A DNA stretch of 64,000 nt from Parvularculaceae bacterium (lineage in GTDB: Bacteria > Pseudomonadota > Alphaproteobacteria > Caulobacterales > Parvularculaceae), in contig JAWKVJ010000005.1 in NCBI GenBank assembly GCA_041398085.1, positions 21,383-85,382 of the forward strand. The letters are read 5' to 3'. Positions 10,822 to 20,669 of the stretch are shown one piece after another. How positions within the stretch are numbered: position 1 is the first letter of the stretch; each line of letters begins with the position of its first letter. The notes under the pieces were generated by a model. The model was not told where the DNA came from and ran no database searches. It saw nothing but the letters and a program-made list of their open reading frames with translations. A program made the translations under genes and the position numbers.

Positions 10822-11232
10822 ATGGCGTTCAGATCTTCACAGGATGAAGGGCGCGGCGGCGGCGGCGAACAGAAAAACGTGCTCGGCGGCGCGCTCGCTA
10901 CTTGCAGCAATGACCCGATGACCGGCTTTTACCGCACCGGTTGCTGTCATACCGGCCCGCAAGATCGCGGCGTTCATACCGTATGCGTGGTTATGACGAA
11001 TGACTTTCTCGCCTTTTCAAAATCCCGCGGTAACGACCTTTCAACGCCCATGCCGGAATTCGGATTTCCGGGACTAAAGGAAGGCGACAGGTGGTGCCTG
11101 TGCGCCGCACGCTGGCTAGAAGCTTATGAAGCGGGAATGGCGCCGAAAGTCGTCCTCAACGCCACTAATGCGCGCACGCTGACCATTGCGCCTCTGGAAG
11201 CGCTCAAAGAATTCGCGATCGATCTCAATTAA
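10822..11232 (+). CDS. DUF2237-family protein
   Basis: NVLGGAL..CS.DPMTGFYRTGCC, H.VC, GNDLSTP, RWCLCAARW. Confidence 0.9.
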   Translation: MAFRSSQDEGRGGGGEQKNVLGGALATCSNDPMTGFYRTGCCHTGPQDRGVHTVCVVMTNDFLAFSKSRGNDLSTPMPEFGFPGLKEGDRWCLCAARWLEAYEAGMAPKVVLNATNARTLTIAPLEALKEFAIDLN

Positions 11233-11237
11233 GCGGA

Positions 11238-12086
11238 TCACTTCGCCGGCGGATAAAGCACCAGCAAGGCGCGCGCAAAACCCGCCGCAAACGATGTTGC
11301 GTGGTTGACGCCGCCTTTCAGCACTTCGCTCCTTAGTTCAAGGCCGCCATAGTCACGCGAGCGCAAACGCACCGCAAAGGCTTGCGCGTCATTGACCATG
11401 TTTACGCGCTTCAAGCCCCCTTTCGGACTTTCGAGATCGCCAACAGCAATGAAGACGCGCGCTGCAAGATCTGAATGAGCCTTCGAATAACCATCTTCCA
11501 GATTGGCGATCGCATTGCCGCCAAACCAGAGAGCCGGACTTATGATTATATAATCCGAGAATAATCCGGGATGTTCAAAGAGCGCATAGGCCGCGAATGT
11601 TGCGCCGAGCGAATGGCCGGCGATGGCCCGGCGGTTTGAGTCAATGCGGTAACGTTCTTCTACGAAGGGAATAATGCTGTTCTTTAAAAAATCGAGATAC
11701 CTGCCGGCGCCGCCAGTTTCATTTTTGAACGACGCGTCCTTGGCCGGCGTATAATCAAGCTGCCGGCTCGCGATTGCATCTTCGCCTTTTGCGTAAGAAA
11801 TGCCGACAATGATCACTGGCGCGGCAGCCTTATTGTAATAAGGCAACAATGTTTCACCCGCCGCCGTCATGAAATGAAGGTCGCCATCGTTGAGATATAT
11901 GACAGGATAGGCGCGCCCGCTCTCCTCGGTTCTGTCATAACCGGGGGGCGTCTTGATATAGAGCTTATAGGTCCGCGCCGGGTCAGCCGTTCCAACCTCA
12001 AACACAGCCGTATCCGGCGCCATATAGGGAACGGACGGCGCCGTCGCAGACGCCAGCGCGAAGATTGCCACAATTAAATGCACCAT
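11238..12086 (-). CDS. Alpha/beta hydrolase-fold esterase (IroE/Fes-like), probably exported
   Basis: YPVIYLNDGD, nucleophile elbow GHSLG, ISPALW; hydrophobic N-terminus from ATG 12086. Confidence 0.85.
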   Translation of the reverse strand: MVHLIVAIFALASATAPSVPYMAPDTAVFEVGTADPARTYKLYIKTPPGYDRTEESGRAYPVIYLNDGDLHFMTAAGETLLPYYNKAAAPVIIVGISYAKGEDAIASRQLDYTPAKDASFKNETGGAGRYLDFLKNSIIPFVEERYRIDSNRRAIAGHSLGATFAAYALFEHPGLFSDYIIISPALWFGGNAIANLEDGYSKAHSDLAARVFIAVGDLESPKGGLKRVNMVNDAQAFAVRLRSRDYGGLELRSEVLKGGVNHATSFAAGFARALLVLYPPAK

Positions 12087-12204
12087 TAATCCATTCCCTG
12101 CTTCAACCAGCGTTTGGGCCGTCGTGACGGTCCGAGACGCCCCCCTAAACCACTTTAGGCTGGCGCGCTTGCGGGGGCGAGCCTGCTCCACTATCTGACA
12201 CGCC

Positions 12205-12609
12205 ATGACCGAATTTGACGCAATCGCTGACGACTTCGCCTTCCTCGACGACTGGGATGATCGCTACAAATATTTGATCGACCTCGGGCGCAATCTCGCG
12301 CCTTATGACGACGAAAAACGCGATGAGGCGCACAAGGTGAAAGGCTGCGCCAGCCAGGTTTGGCTCGACACGGAAAAGCGCGACGGCAAGCTCTTTTTCA
12401 CCGGCGATTCCGACGCCCATATCGTCAAAGGACTTGTCGCGCTTCTGATCTCGCTTTTTTCAGGAAAGGCGCCAAAAGAGATCCTGGCTGTCGATGCAGA
12501 AGAGCAGCTCCGCCCGCTTGATCTTGCGGCGCATTTAACGCCGCAACGCTCGAACGGACTTGCCTCCATGCTGGCGCGCATCAAGTCGATCGCCGAAGCG
12601 GAAATTTGA
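12205..12609 (+). CDS. sufE: Fe-S cluster assembly sulfur acceptor SufE
   Basis: DDWDDRYKYLIDLG, VKGCASQVW, DSDAHIVKGL, LTPQRSNGL. Confidence 0.93.
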   Translation: MTEFDAIADDFAFLDDWDDRYKYLIDLGRNLAPYDDEKRDEAHKVKGCASQVWLDTEKRDGKLFFTGDSDAHIVKGLVALLISLFSGKAPKEILAVDAEEQLRPLDLAAHLTPQRSNGLASMLARIKSIAEAEI

Positions 12610-12701
12610 AACGCCAATAATGCGTCAGGTAACGGGCGACAAGGTTCTGCTGAATTCTTCGCAGCGAAGCTGGCAGGACAAGAGTCGCGACAAGCTCGAA
12701 C

Positions 12702-13118
12702 TCATGCGATAAGAGAAAGACTTTTCGTCTCCAGCCGTCCGCCAAGTTGCAGCGCTTCATCGATAATCTCTCGCACCGAGTCGCGCAGCCGCGCTTCGAG
12801 ATATTCAATCTGCTTGTCATATAACGGGCAATCGCGGCGGTCTTCGATCGCATGGCAGGCATGCGAGACAGTCGTGCGATCGCGCCCGAACGCCGCAGCG
12901 ACGTCACGCAGCGACATATCACCGACAACATGACACAGATACATTGCGAGCTGTCTTGCAAAAGCGACTTTGGCGGCGCGCGTATTCGTTGTCAGCCGCC
13001 TTGGCGATACGCCGCATGCTTCAGATGAGATTTTAAGCGCTGCGGCAACCAGGTTCTTGGAATAGAAAGATGAAAGGCCCCCGCCCCACTTCATCTTCTT
13101 CATTAGTCGCTCCCTCAT
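12702..13118 (-). CDS. Stand-alone DnaA domain IV (Bac_DnaA_C-like) helix-turn-helix protein; start uncertain
   Basis: FARQLAMYLCH...SLRDVAAAFGRDRTTVSHAC matches the DnaA C-terminal HTH; no ATPase domain. Confidence 0.85.
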   Translation of the reverse strand: MRERLMKKMKWGGGLSSFYSKNLVAAALKISSEACGVSPRRLTTNTRAAKVAFARQLAMYLCHVVGDMSLRDVAAAFGRDRTTVSHACHAIEDRRDCPLYDKQIEYLEARLRDSVREIIDEALQLGGRLETKSLSLIA

Positions 13119-13195
13119 CACAGCGCCGATGCCTGGCGCCACGCTCGACCAATTTAAAGCTTGTATCAAAGTGTAGGATAACTTTGCCCACACGA

Positions 13196-13276
13196 GTTAG
13201 AATCTGGTTAGTATTCATGGTTAAATTCCTAAGATGGGAATTTCGTGTCGAAATTTTCTGTAAATTGCCAATTAAC
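13196..13276. promoter_or_regulatory. Cluster of putative CtrA boxes upstream of the DnaA_C gene
   Basis: GTTAG-AATCTGG-TTAG (13196-13211), ATGGTTAA half-site, and TAAA-TTGCCAA-TTAAC (13261-13276) in an AT-rich spacer. Confidence 0.5.
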
Positions 13277-13317
13277 CGTCGTTCGTACGGTCTTGCGCGG
13301 CGAAAAAACGCCTCGGT

Positions 13318-15060
13318 CTACGCCGTGAAGACGACGATCAGAACAAGCGCGAGAATGATCGCGACCGCAAGCGCCATGAATCCTGTCGGCCATGAGCGCG
13401 CCATGGCGCCTTCCGGACCATGGACAGCGTAAATGCGATTCATCGCCGCCGTGAAACGCTGATCGACGATAGACCAGGCGTAATTCCAGACGCCGCGCGT
13501 CGCGCCCGCAATCCATGTCACGAGATTTCGACCGGGCACGCGATAAAACCAGTCGGTATCAAGGTTCGTTGACGCAATCTCGGCCGGATACCATTTGATG
13601 ATGATCAGCACCGCGAAGGCGAGCACGGCCCACAAAAGAAGCTGAAGCTGCTCGACGACATGCGCGGCCTCATAAGGGTGATAGTCGGCAACAGCAGACG
13701 GATAGGGAAGAAGCGCATACAGAGGTTCAGGATGAACGCCGATGGCGATGCAAAGAAACGCCGAAATTCCCATCGCCAGCAACATTTCCGGCGGCGCTTC
13801 TTTCGGCCGCTTGCCGGAATCGTGCGCGAAGAAGGTGAAATAGGGGATCTTGATGCCGGCATGTTCAAGAACGCCGGCGGACGCAAATAACAGCGCAAGC
13901 CAGATCCAGAATGCGTGCGCGCCGCCTGCAGCGTCGACGATAAGGCCTTTTGTGACAAAGCCTGCAAAACCCGGAAATGCGGAAATCGACAACGCGCCGA
14001 TGATCGTAAAGGCCATCGTCATGGGCATGGTGCGATAAAGACCGCCGAGCTCGGTCGCTTTCGACGTTCCCGTCCGGTAGATCGCCGCGCCGACGCCCAT
14101 GAACAGAAGACTTTCGAAAATAATGTTGGTGAAGGCGTATCCGACCGCGCCATTCATCGACGCAGCCGTGCCAAAACCGATACCGACGATCATAAAACCG
14201 ACCTGGTTGTTGATCGAATAGCAAAGCACTTTTTTGAGGTCGTTCTCGATGAGCGCGAAGAATATCGGGAACATCGTCATGACGATGCCGATCGGAACAA
14301 GCTCCGGCGTCCCCGGGAAAGCGCGCGCGATCGATGCGACGGCGAGCTTGGTCGTGAAGACGGACAAAACGATCGTGCCTGCAAAATCCGCCTTCGGATA
14401 GGAATCCTGCACCCAATTATGGAGCAGCGGAAAAGCCGATTTTATGCCGAACGCCAACAGAATAACGAGGCCGGAGAATTTGATTGCGCCGTCGGCGTCT
14501 CTGAGGCCGATTTCCCCGAAGGCGAGCGATCCCGTTTCGCGAAACACCATCACGACGCCGGCGAGCAGCATGACGCCTGAAAGGATCTGGATCGTCAGAT
14601 AGCGCATGCCGGCGAGGTAGGTAGTGCGGCCGCCAGGCGCCCAGACAAGAAAGACCGAAGTTATCGCTGCAATCTCCCACCACACGAACAGAGTGACGAG
14701 ATCGCCGGCGAGAACGCCGCCAAGCGCCGAGGCGGGATAAGCGAGCGTTGCAAAATCCTGAAGCCGGTCTTTCGAGCGGAAATTGTAGATAAGATTGAGC
14801 GCGGCGGCGACGTGAAAAACAATTGCGAAAAGGCGCGCCAGCGGATCGATGCGCAGCATGATCACCGGATTGCCGAAAATTTCCAGATGGCCGTAATTGC
14901 CAAGGCCCAGCCGGTTTAGCTCAAACGCCGATACGCCGACAAAGACCAGCATGAAAAGACGGCGAAGTCCGTTCGGCAAGAATACGCCAAGAGCGGCGCC
15001 GATCATCAAGATGATGGCGGGATTAATCGCAAGCGCTGAAAGAAGGCTGTTGGCGTCCAT
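13318..15060 (-). CDS. mnhD: Mrp/Mnh cation:H+ antiporter subunit D-like (third copy)
   Basis: Polytopic membrane protein; WWEIAA, LHNWVQDSYP, YSINNQVGFM, PGFAGFVTK (NuoL/M/N-MrpD family). Confidence 0.85.
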   Translation of the reverse strand: MDANSLLSALAINPAIILMIGAALGVFLPNGLRRLFMLVFVGVSAFELNRLGLGNYGHLEIFGNPVIMLRIDPLARLFAIVFHVAAALNLIYNFRSKDRLQDFATLAYPASALGGVLAGDLVTLFVWWEIAAITSVFLVWAPGGRTTYLAGMRYLTIQILSGVMLLAGVVMVFRETGSLAFGEIGLRDADGAIKFSGLVILLAFGIKSAFPLLHNWVQDSYPKADFAGTIVLSVFTTKLAVASIARAFPGTPELVPIGIVMTMFPIFFALIENDLKKVLCYSINNQVGFMIVGIGFGTAASMNGAVGYAFTNIIFESLLFMGVGAAIYRTGTSKATELGGLYRTMPMTMAFTIIGALSISAFPGFAGFVTKGLIVDAAGGAHAFWIWLALLFASAGVLEHAGIKIPYFTFFAHDSGKRPKEAPPEMLLAMGISAFLCIAIGVHPEPLYALLPYPSAVADYHPYEAAHVVEQLQLLLWAVLAFAVLIIIKWYPAEIASTNLDTDWFYRVPGRNLVTWIAGATRGVWNYAWSIVDQRFTAAMNRIYAVHGPEGAMARSWPTGFMALAVAIILALVLIVVFTA

Positions 15061-15062
15061 GC

Positions 15063-15332
15063 CTATTCCCGCTCCTCATAATAGGTTTCCTTGCGGGCGA
15101 CGAGCTTTCTCAAATGCTGGCCGGCGAGCACAATGAACATGAAGGCGGCGAATCCATAAAGCGCGAAAAAGGCGCCGAATTTTTCAATCTCGAAATGCGG
15201 GTGCTCTTTGCGAAACGTAGGAATAAAGCCGGCGATTGCCGCACCGAGCGCCGCCAGAACGAGAATGGCGAGAAAGGCGTTCCGAAAGCTTTTTTTGTCA
15301 GCCCAGCCATCATTCGAGTGTTGATCGCTCAT
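15063..15332 (-). CDS. Small two-TM protein in the mrp operon
   Basis: GGAGG RBS, two hydrophobic segments, HPHFEIE...FFALYGF...LRKLVARKETYY; tight operon spacing. Confidence 0.75.
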   Translation of the reverse strand: MSDQHSNDGWADKKSFRNAFLAILVLAALGAAIAGFIPTFRKEHPHFEIEKFGAFFALYGFAAFMFIVLAGQHLRKLVARKETYYEERE

Positions 15333-15342
15333 AACGCCTCCC

Positions 15343-16833
15343 TCACTCTGCGCCCGCAATAGGCGCGAGGTAATTGAACAGGGGGTTCGCGAAGATGAAA
15401 AGGAGGATAGCGCCGATCGCTGTCATGACCGGCGGGGCGACGCAAAGAAAAGGCGCTTCCTTCAAATTTCGCCAGTCGATTGGCGCCAGCGCCTCTCCTT
15501 CCTGCGGCGCCAGGAAAAACGCCTGCGCCGGTATCGACAACAGATAGGCGACATTGAGCAAGGACGAGACAATCAGGACGCCAATCACCGCACGCTCGCC
15601 CGCATCGGCGGCGCCGAGCATCAACAGGAATTTCGGCCATGAGCCGCCGAGCGGCGGCAGACCGACAATCGACATCGCGCCAATGAAAAAAGCGATGAAG
15701 GTAATCGGCATTTTGCGCCCCAAACCCTTCAACTCTGAAACGAGCGTCTTGTGGGCTGCAACGTAAATCGCGCCCGCGCACATGAAGAGCGTCATCTTGC
15801 CGAAAGCGTGCGTGACGATCTGCAAGGCGCCGCCCATGACGCCCATGGAGTTGGCGAGCATCGCGCCGAGCGTCACATAGGAGAGCTGCGAGACAGTCGA
15901 ATAGGCGAGCCGCGCTTTCAGATTATCCTTCCGCATGGCGATCATCGACGCGAGCAGGATCGAAAAACAGGCGACCCAGACAAAGGGTTCAGCAGCGCCG
16001 CTTGCATCCAGAAAACGCTCGCCGAAAATGTAGATCGAAATTTTCAGTATCGAAAAAACGCCGGCCTTGACGACTGCGACCGCGTGGAGAAAAGCCGATA
16101 CGGGCGTCGGCGCGACCATGGCGTTCGGAAGCCATGAATGAACGGGCATGAGGGCGGCCTTGGCGACGCCAAAAGCGAACAACCCGAGCAGGAGCGCAGG
16201 CAAAAGCCCCGCACTCGCCAAAGGCGCCGGCAAAATACCGCCGAGCGCGAAGTCGGTCGTTCCGGCGATCGTATAGACCCAGACAATCGCCGGCAGGAAC
16301 AAGCCTATCGACGTTCCCATCAAGACGCCAAGGTAAACGCGTCCGCCGCGGCGCGCCGCATCATCGTCCTTATGGGTGACGAGCGGAAAGGTCGAAAGCG
16401 TCAAAACTTCATAGAAAATGAAAAGCGTAAAGAGGTTGCCGGCATAGGCGACGCCCATCGCAGCAGCAATGGCGACCGCGAAAGACATGTAAAAGCGCGT
16501 TTGATGCTTTTCATTATGACCGCGCATATAGCCGATCGAGTAAAGCGAATTGACGACCCAGAGCACGCTCGCGAGCAAGGCGAAGACAGCGCCGAGCGGC
16601 TCGACGGAAAAGTCGATCTTCAAACCGCCGATGACGGTGATTACGGAAATCGAGGGCCTTGCGCCAGCGCCGACCGCAAGAAAGATCGAAAGCGTCAGCG
16701 CGACAAGGATTGCGCCCGTTGCAAGCGTCGCCGCCTCGCGCAAATTGGGCGCACGATCGAGAAGCCATATCGCGACGAGTCCAATGAGCGGAACGCCCAT
16801 GGAGAGGAGAATTGCAGTTTCCGGTGCGATCAT
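15343..16833 (-). CDS. mnhD: Mrp/Mnh antiporter subunit D-like (second copy)
   Basis: FYEVLTLST, HSWLPNAMVAPTPVSAFLHAVAVVKAG, RLAYSTVSQLSY. Confidence 0.88.
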   Translation of the reverse strand: MIAPETAILLSMGVPLIGLVAIWLLDRAPNLREAATLATGAILVALTLSIFLAVGAGARPSISVITVIGGLKIDFSVEPLGAVFALLASVLWVVNSLYSIGYMRGHNEKHQTRFYMSFAVAIAAAMGVAYAGNLFTLFIFYEVLTLSTFPLVTHKDDDAARRGGRVYLGVLMGTSIGLFLPAIVWVYTIAGTTDFALGGILPAPLASAGLLPALLLGLFAFGVAKAALMPVHSWLPNAMVAPTPVSAFLHAVAVVKAGVFSILKISIYIFGERFLDASGAAEPFVWVACFSILLASMIAMRKDNLKARLAYSTVSQLSYVTLGAMLANSMGVMGGALQIVTHAFGKMTLFMCAGAIYVAAHKTLVSELKGLGRKMPITFIAFFIGAMSIVGLPPLGGSWPKFLLMLGAADAGERAVIGVLIVSSLLNVAYLLSIPAQAFFLAPQEGEALAPIDWRNLKEAPFLCVAPPVMTAIGAILLFIFANPLFNYLAPIAGAE

Positions 16834-18311
16834 GGTCCGCCCCCGATAAGTGCGGCGGCGGCGCGTTCTGCAAGATTGACAGTCAATTGCGTATTGAGGC
16901 CGAAATAGATGTTGGCGGCGGCGAGCACCCACAATGGCGCCAGCATCGACAATGGCGCTTCCTTTAGTTCGCCTTCCGGCGCAGGGCGAAGGATCATCAA
17001 CTCAATCACTCGCCCGATATAAACGACGGCAAGAAGCGACGAAGCCACAATCAAAAAACCGGCCCAGGGGCGGCCGGAGTCAAACGCTGCTGAAAGCAGC
17101 TGCCATTTGGAAATGAACCCCACCGTCAGAGGAACGCCGATAAGGGAGAGCCCGGCGATGATGAACGCTGCAGCGGTGAACGGCATCTTTCGTGCGAGAC
17201 CTTCAAACGCGGAAATTTTGTGCGACCCGGTTCGAAGGACGACCGCGGCGACCGCCATGAAGAGCGCGCCTTTCATAAGGCCGTGATTGAAGAGATGCAC
17301 AAGACTTGCTGAGAGGCCCTGCTCGGTGCCGAATGAAATCCCTAAAAGCATGTATCCGATTTGTCCGACAGACGAATAGGCGAGCATGCGCTTTACATCC
17401 GCCTGGAAGATCGCAACGATCGAAGCGAAAAACATGCCTGCCACCGCAAGCGGCGTCAGCACATAGGCGAACGCCGCCGAGGCAAAATCAAAATCAGCGC
17501 CGATCACCGAATAGATGAAACGGATGATGACGTAGACGGCGACCTTGGTGGACGTCGAGGCGAGAAACGCCGACACGGCCGACGGCGCATAGGTGTAGGC
17601 GTTCGGCATCCACAGATGCATCGGAAACATCGCCGCTTTCAGCCCCATGCCGACAAGAATGAAAGCAAACCCCGCCTCGACCATGCGGTTATTATTGCCG
17701 GCCAGATGGAGTTTCAGGTCCGCCATATTGAGCGTGCCGGTCGCCTGATAGAGGAGACCGAGGCCAATGACGAAAAAGGTTGCGCCGATTGTGCCCATTA
17801 CGAGGTAATTGAATGACGCCGTCAGGGCGCGCCGGTCGCGTCGCGCGCCAAGCGCCACAAGCGCATAGGTCGAGAGCGAGGAAATTTCGAGGAATACGAA
17901 AACGTTGAACGCATCGCCCGTGATGGTAACGCCGAGAAGGCCGACCATGCAGATGAGCGAGGCTGCGTAAAATAACGGCATCTGTCGCTCATCGATTTCA
18001 GTACGGATCGATGCAAAGGAAAATGGAATGACCGCAGCGGCGATGCCGGAAACAAGGGTCAAGACAAGCGCATTGGCGAGGTCGATACGATATTCAATGC
18101 CGATCGGCGGCGCCCAGTCGCCCATGTGATAGGAAATGACGCCTGCGGTCGCGACGTCACGCAATAGGAGCGCGCAGGCTGCGAACACGATCCATGAAAT
18201 CGCCGTCGCCCATAGATGCGCGAGACGCCCGTTCGGGAGCAGGATGGCGATCGGCGCCGCCAGAAGCGGCGTTATGACCGGAATGATCGGCAGCTGGTGA
18301 GCAAGGCTCAT
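16830..18311 (-). CDS. mnhD: Mrp/Mnh antiporter subunit D
   Basis: DAFNVFVFLEISSL, HLWMPNAYTYAP, KRMLAYSSVGQIGY. Confidence 0.9.
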   Translation of the reverse strand: MSLAHQLPIIPVITPLLAAPIAILLPNGRLAHLWATAISWIVFAACALLLRDVATAGVISYHMGDWAPPIGIEYRIDLANALVLTLVSGIAAAVIPFSFASIRTEIDERQMPLFYAASLICMVGLLGVTITGDAFNVFVFLEISSLSTYALVALGARRDRRALTASFNYLVMGTIGATFFVIGLGLLYQATGTLNMADLKLHLAGNNNRMVEAGFAFILVGMGLKAAMFPMHLWMPNAYTYAPSAVSAFLASTSTKVAVYVIIRFIYSVIGADFDFASAAFAYVLTPLAVAGMFFASIVAIFQADVKRMLAYSSVGQIGYMLLGISFGTEQGLSASLVHLFNHGLMKGALFMAVAAVVLRTGSHKISAFEGLARKMPFTAAAFIIAGLSLIGVPLTVGFISKWQLLSAAFDSGRPWAGFLIVASSLLAVVYIGRVIELMILRPAPEGELKEAPLSMLAPLWVLAAANIYFGLNTQLTVNLAERAAAALIGGGP

Positions 18312-18973
18312 GCACGCGCCCCATCGCCAGATTCCACGCCGAATTCCGCAACAACGTCCACAGCTTCAAGTTCGCCCTCTTCGATCGACCCATAGGCTTC
18401 GCGAATGCGAACGACGAGCGCAAGACCGACCGCCGTCGTGGCGACGCCGACAACAATTGCAGTGAGGATGAGAACATGAGGAAGCGGGTTTGAATATATA
18501 ACGTTCGATGCCGCATGCGCTGCGTCAGCCGCCGCGGCGGCATGATCATTCACTGTAAGCGCCGGTGACGACAGAAGATCGTTCGCAGCGCCCGGAACTG
18601 AATGCAGCGCTTCAGCCGGCGGCGCTGAATGCGGCGCCTTTGTCAGCTCTTCGAGCGAGTTGCCGGCGGATGCAAAGTCGCCGCCCGTTGTATGAAGCCC
18701 GCCTTCGCCGAGCGCATCTTTTCCGGGCAACGCCGCAGCATCATGACCGCCGGCGCGCGCTTCCATATCTGCGCTTGTATAGATCGGCGCCGTGCCGCCG
18801 GTAATCTTGCCGATAGAGATATAGTAGATGAACACCGAGGTCTGAAAAACGTTAAGGCCGATCAGCTTCTTGATGAGATTGCCGCGTGCGATAACCGTGT
18901 AAAGACCGATCATCATCAGGACGATGAAGATCCAGTAATTGTAGCGTTCAATGACAAAAGTGATGAAATCCAC
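18308..18973 (-). CDS. mnhC: Mrp/Mnh antiporter subunit C with a ~90-aa loop insertion
   Basis: NLIKKLIGL...GGTAPI and YSNPLPHVLILTAIVVG; probable GTG start at 18973. Confidence 0.88.
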   Translation of the reverse strand: MDFITFVIERYNYWIFIVLMMIGLYTVIARGNLIKKLIGLNVFQTSVFIYYISIGKITGGTAPIYTSADMEARAGGHDAAALPGKDALGEGGLHTTGGDFASAGNSLEELTKAPHSAPPAEALHSVPGAANDLLSSPALTVNDHAAAAADAAHAASNVIYSNPLPHVLILTAIVVGVATTAVGLALVVRIREAYGSIEEGELEAVDVVAEFGVESGDGARA

Positions 18974-18977
18974 AGCG

Positions 18978-19424
18978 TCACCAATCCTCGTCGCGGATTT
19001 CTGGCTCGCGGCCGGCAAAATGATAGAAGATCACCAGCATCGTCGCAGCGACCGCCATACCGACGCCGAATTCCACCAGCAAAATTCCAAGATGCTGTCC
19101 GCCATGATGCGCCGAATTCGGATCGAGCGCATCATAACCTAGTAGATTTCCGCCAAGCAGCACGGTCACCGCGCCTGTGCCGGCATAAAAAAGAAATCCG
19201 ACGACCATCATCAGTTTCAGCACGCCGAGCGGCAGGACGCGCTTGATTTCATCAAGCCCTGCGACAAGGCCATGAAGAATAAAGGCGACTGCGAAAATGA
19301 CGCCGGCCTGAAAGCCCCCGCCAGGACCGAAATCGCCATGAAACTGCACGTAAAGCGCGAACAGCAAGATTGGCGCGAACAGGATCTTGATGACGACCCG
19401 CAAGATAAGGTGCTCATCAATCAC
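18978..19424 (-). CDS. mnhB: Mrp/Mnh antiporter subunit B
   Basis: HGDFGPGGGFQAG motif. Confidence 0.9.
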   Translation of the reverse strand: MIDEHLILRVVIKILFAPILLFALYVQFHGDFGPGGGFQAGVIFAVAFILHGLVAGLDEIKRVLPLGVLKLMMVVGFLFYAGTGAVTVLLGGNLLGYDALDPNSAHHGGQHLGILLVEFGVGMAVAATMLVIFYHFAGREPEIRDEDW

Positions 19425-20026
19425 GCGGCGTCATCCTTTTTTTCTTCGACATCGCGAACGGCGCGCCCGCCGCGCGCGCTGCCAGCGCCGAGAAGGAGCA
19501 TTACGCCAAGGCCGGCGGTGAAAATCACCATTGTTTCACCGAGCGTATCGAAACCGCGATAGCTCGCCAGCACCGCGGTCACGATATTAGGGACTGCAAT
19601 TTCCTTGGCCGTGCGTTCAACATACACCTCGCCGATATAGCTGTTGGCGGGCGATGTCGCCGAGCCGTAGGGCGGCATATCGATTGTTGCGTAGACGAGC
19701 GCCGCTCCGACAACGAACACGACCAGCAGCGAAACGCCTGAGCGTCCGGGGCGTAAAGTCTTTTCACGACGTACCGTCAACAACATCGCGCCAAGCATCA
19801 GGACGGTTGAAATGCCGGCGCCGACCGCCGCTTCGGTAAAGGCGACGTCAACGGCGTCAAGAGAAACAAAAAACGCCGCCGACAACAGGCTGTAAATGCC
19901 CGACAGCATGACAATTGCAAAAAGCTGACGCGAACGCAGCATTGTCAGCGCCACAAGGACAAGCATCGTCAAAAGCGCGAGATCGAGAATAAGGTCGACA
20001 AAAGAAGCGAGAAGCGAGTGGTTCAT
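19421..20026 (-). CDS. Mrp/Mnh subunit (DUF4040 / MrpA C-terminal-MrpB related)
   Basis: AVDVAFTEAAVGAG and PNIVTAVLASYRGFDTLGE motifs. Confidence 0.88.
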   Translation of the reverse strand: MNHSLLASFVDLILDLALLTMLVLVALTMLRSRQLFAIVMLSGIYSLLSAAFFVSLDAVDVAFTEAAVGAGISTVLMLGAMLLTVRREKTLRPGRSGVSLLVVFVVGAALVYATIDMPPYGSATSPANSYIGEVYVERTAKEIAVPNIVTAVLASYRGFDTLGETMVIFTAGLGVMLLLGAGSARGGRAVRDVEEKKDDAA

Positions 20027-20361
20027 GGCGCCTCTCCGTCTCGTTTAAGCTCCGGGCCAATCATCGGGCGCAGGCCGACGACCCAAGCCGCATGGGCGAT
20101 TGCATGCGTTGAGACGGGACTGGTCATAAACAGAAAGAATGCAACAAAGCCAAGCTTTGCAACGACTAGCCAGGTCGGCGCCTGCAGCATCATGCCGAGG
20201 ATAATGAGATCAGCGCCCGCTGTGTCTGTGATGCCGGCCGCGTGAAGGCGCGTGTAGAAATCCGGAAATCTGAGAACGCCAATTGCGCCGGTCAACACCG
20301 CCGCGCCGCCGATTGCGAACAGGACGAATGTCGCTGCGTCGCGCATGAACTCTATCGACAT
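20023..20361 (-). CDS. mnhG: Mrp/Mnh antiporter subunit G
   Basis: GVLRFPDFYTRLHAA, TSPVSTHAIA. Confidence 0.92.
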   Translation of the reverse strand: MSIEFMRDAATFVLFAIGGAAVLTGAIGVLRFPDFYTRLHAAGITDTAGADLIILGMMLQAPTWLVVAKLGFVAFFLFMTSPVSTHAIAHAAWVVGLRPMIGPELKRDGEAP

Positions 20362-20669
20362 TATGCGTCATGCTCCAGAAATTGAGGCCGGTCGGAGCCA
20401 GCTTCCAATGGCGACGACAAAGTCCGGTAACGGAAGAATTTCAATATTGCGATGGTCGAGGCGAAATTGATCAGCGCATAGAGAACCGCGATATCGAGAA
20501 AGTCCGGGCGGCCCGCAAGAAACCCCATCAAGCCGATCAGAAGAACCGTTTTCGTCCCGAATGAGTTACCCGCCAGAACACGGTCATAGAGGGTGGGCCC
20601 CGCAAAGGCGCGCGCCAACACACGCAGCATGCCGATAACGACCGCGGCAATGGCGACCGCATACATCAT
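20361..20669 (-). CDS. mnhF: Mrp/Mnh antiporter subunit F
   Basis: GPTLYDRVLA, DIAVLYALINF; ATG 20669 overlaps the mnhE stop. Confidence 0.9.
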   Translation of the reverse strand: MMYAVAIAAVVIGMLRVLARAFAGPTLYDRVLAGNSFGTKTVLLIGLMGFLAGRPDFLDIAVLYALINFASTIAILKFFRYRTLSSPLEAGSDRPQFLEHDA

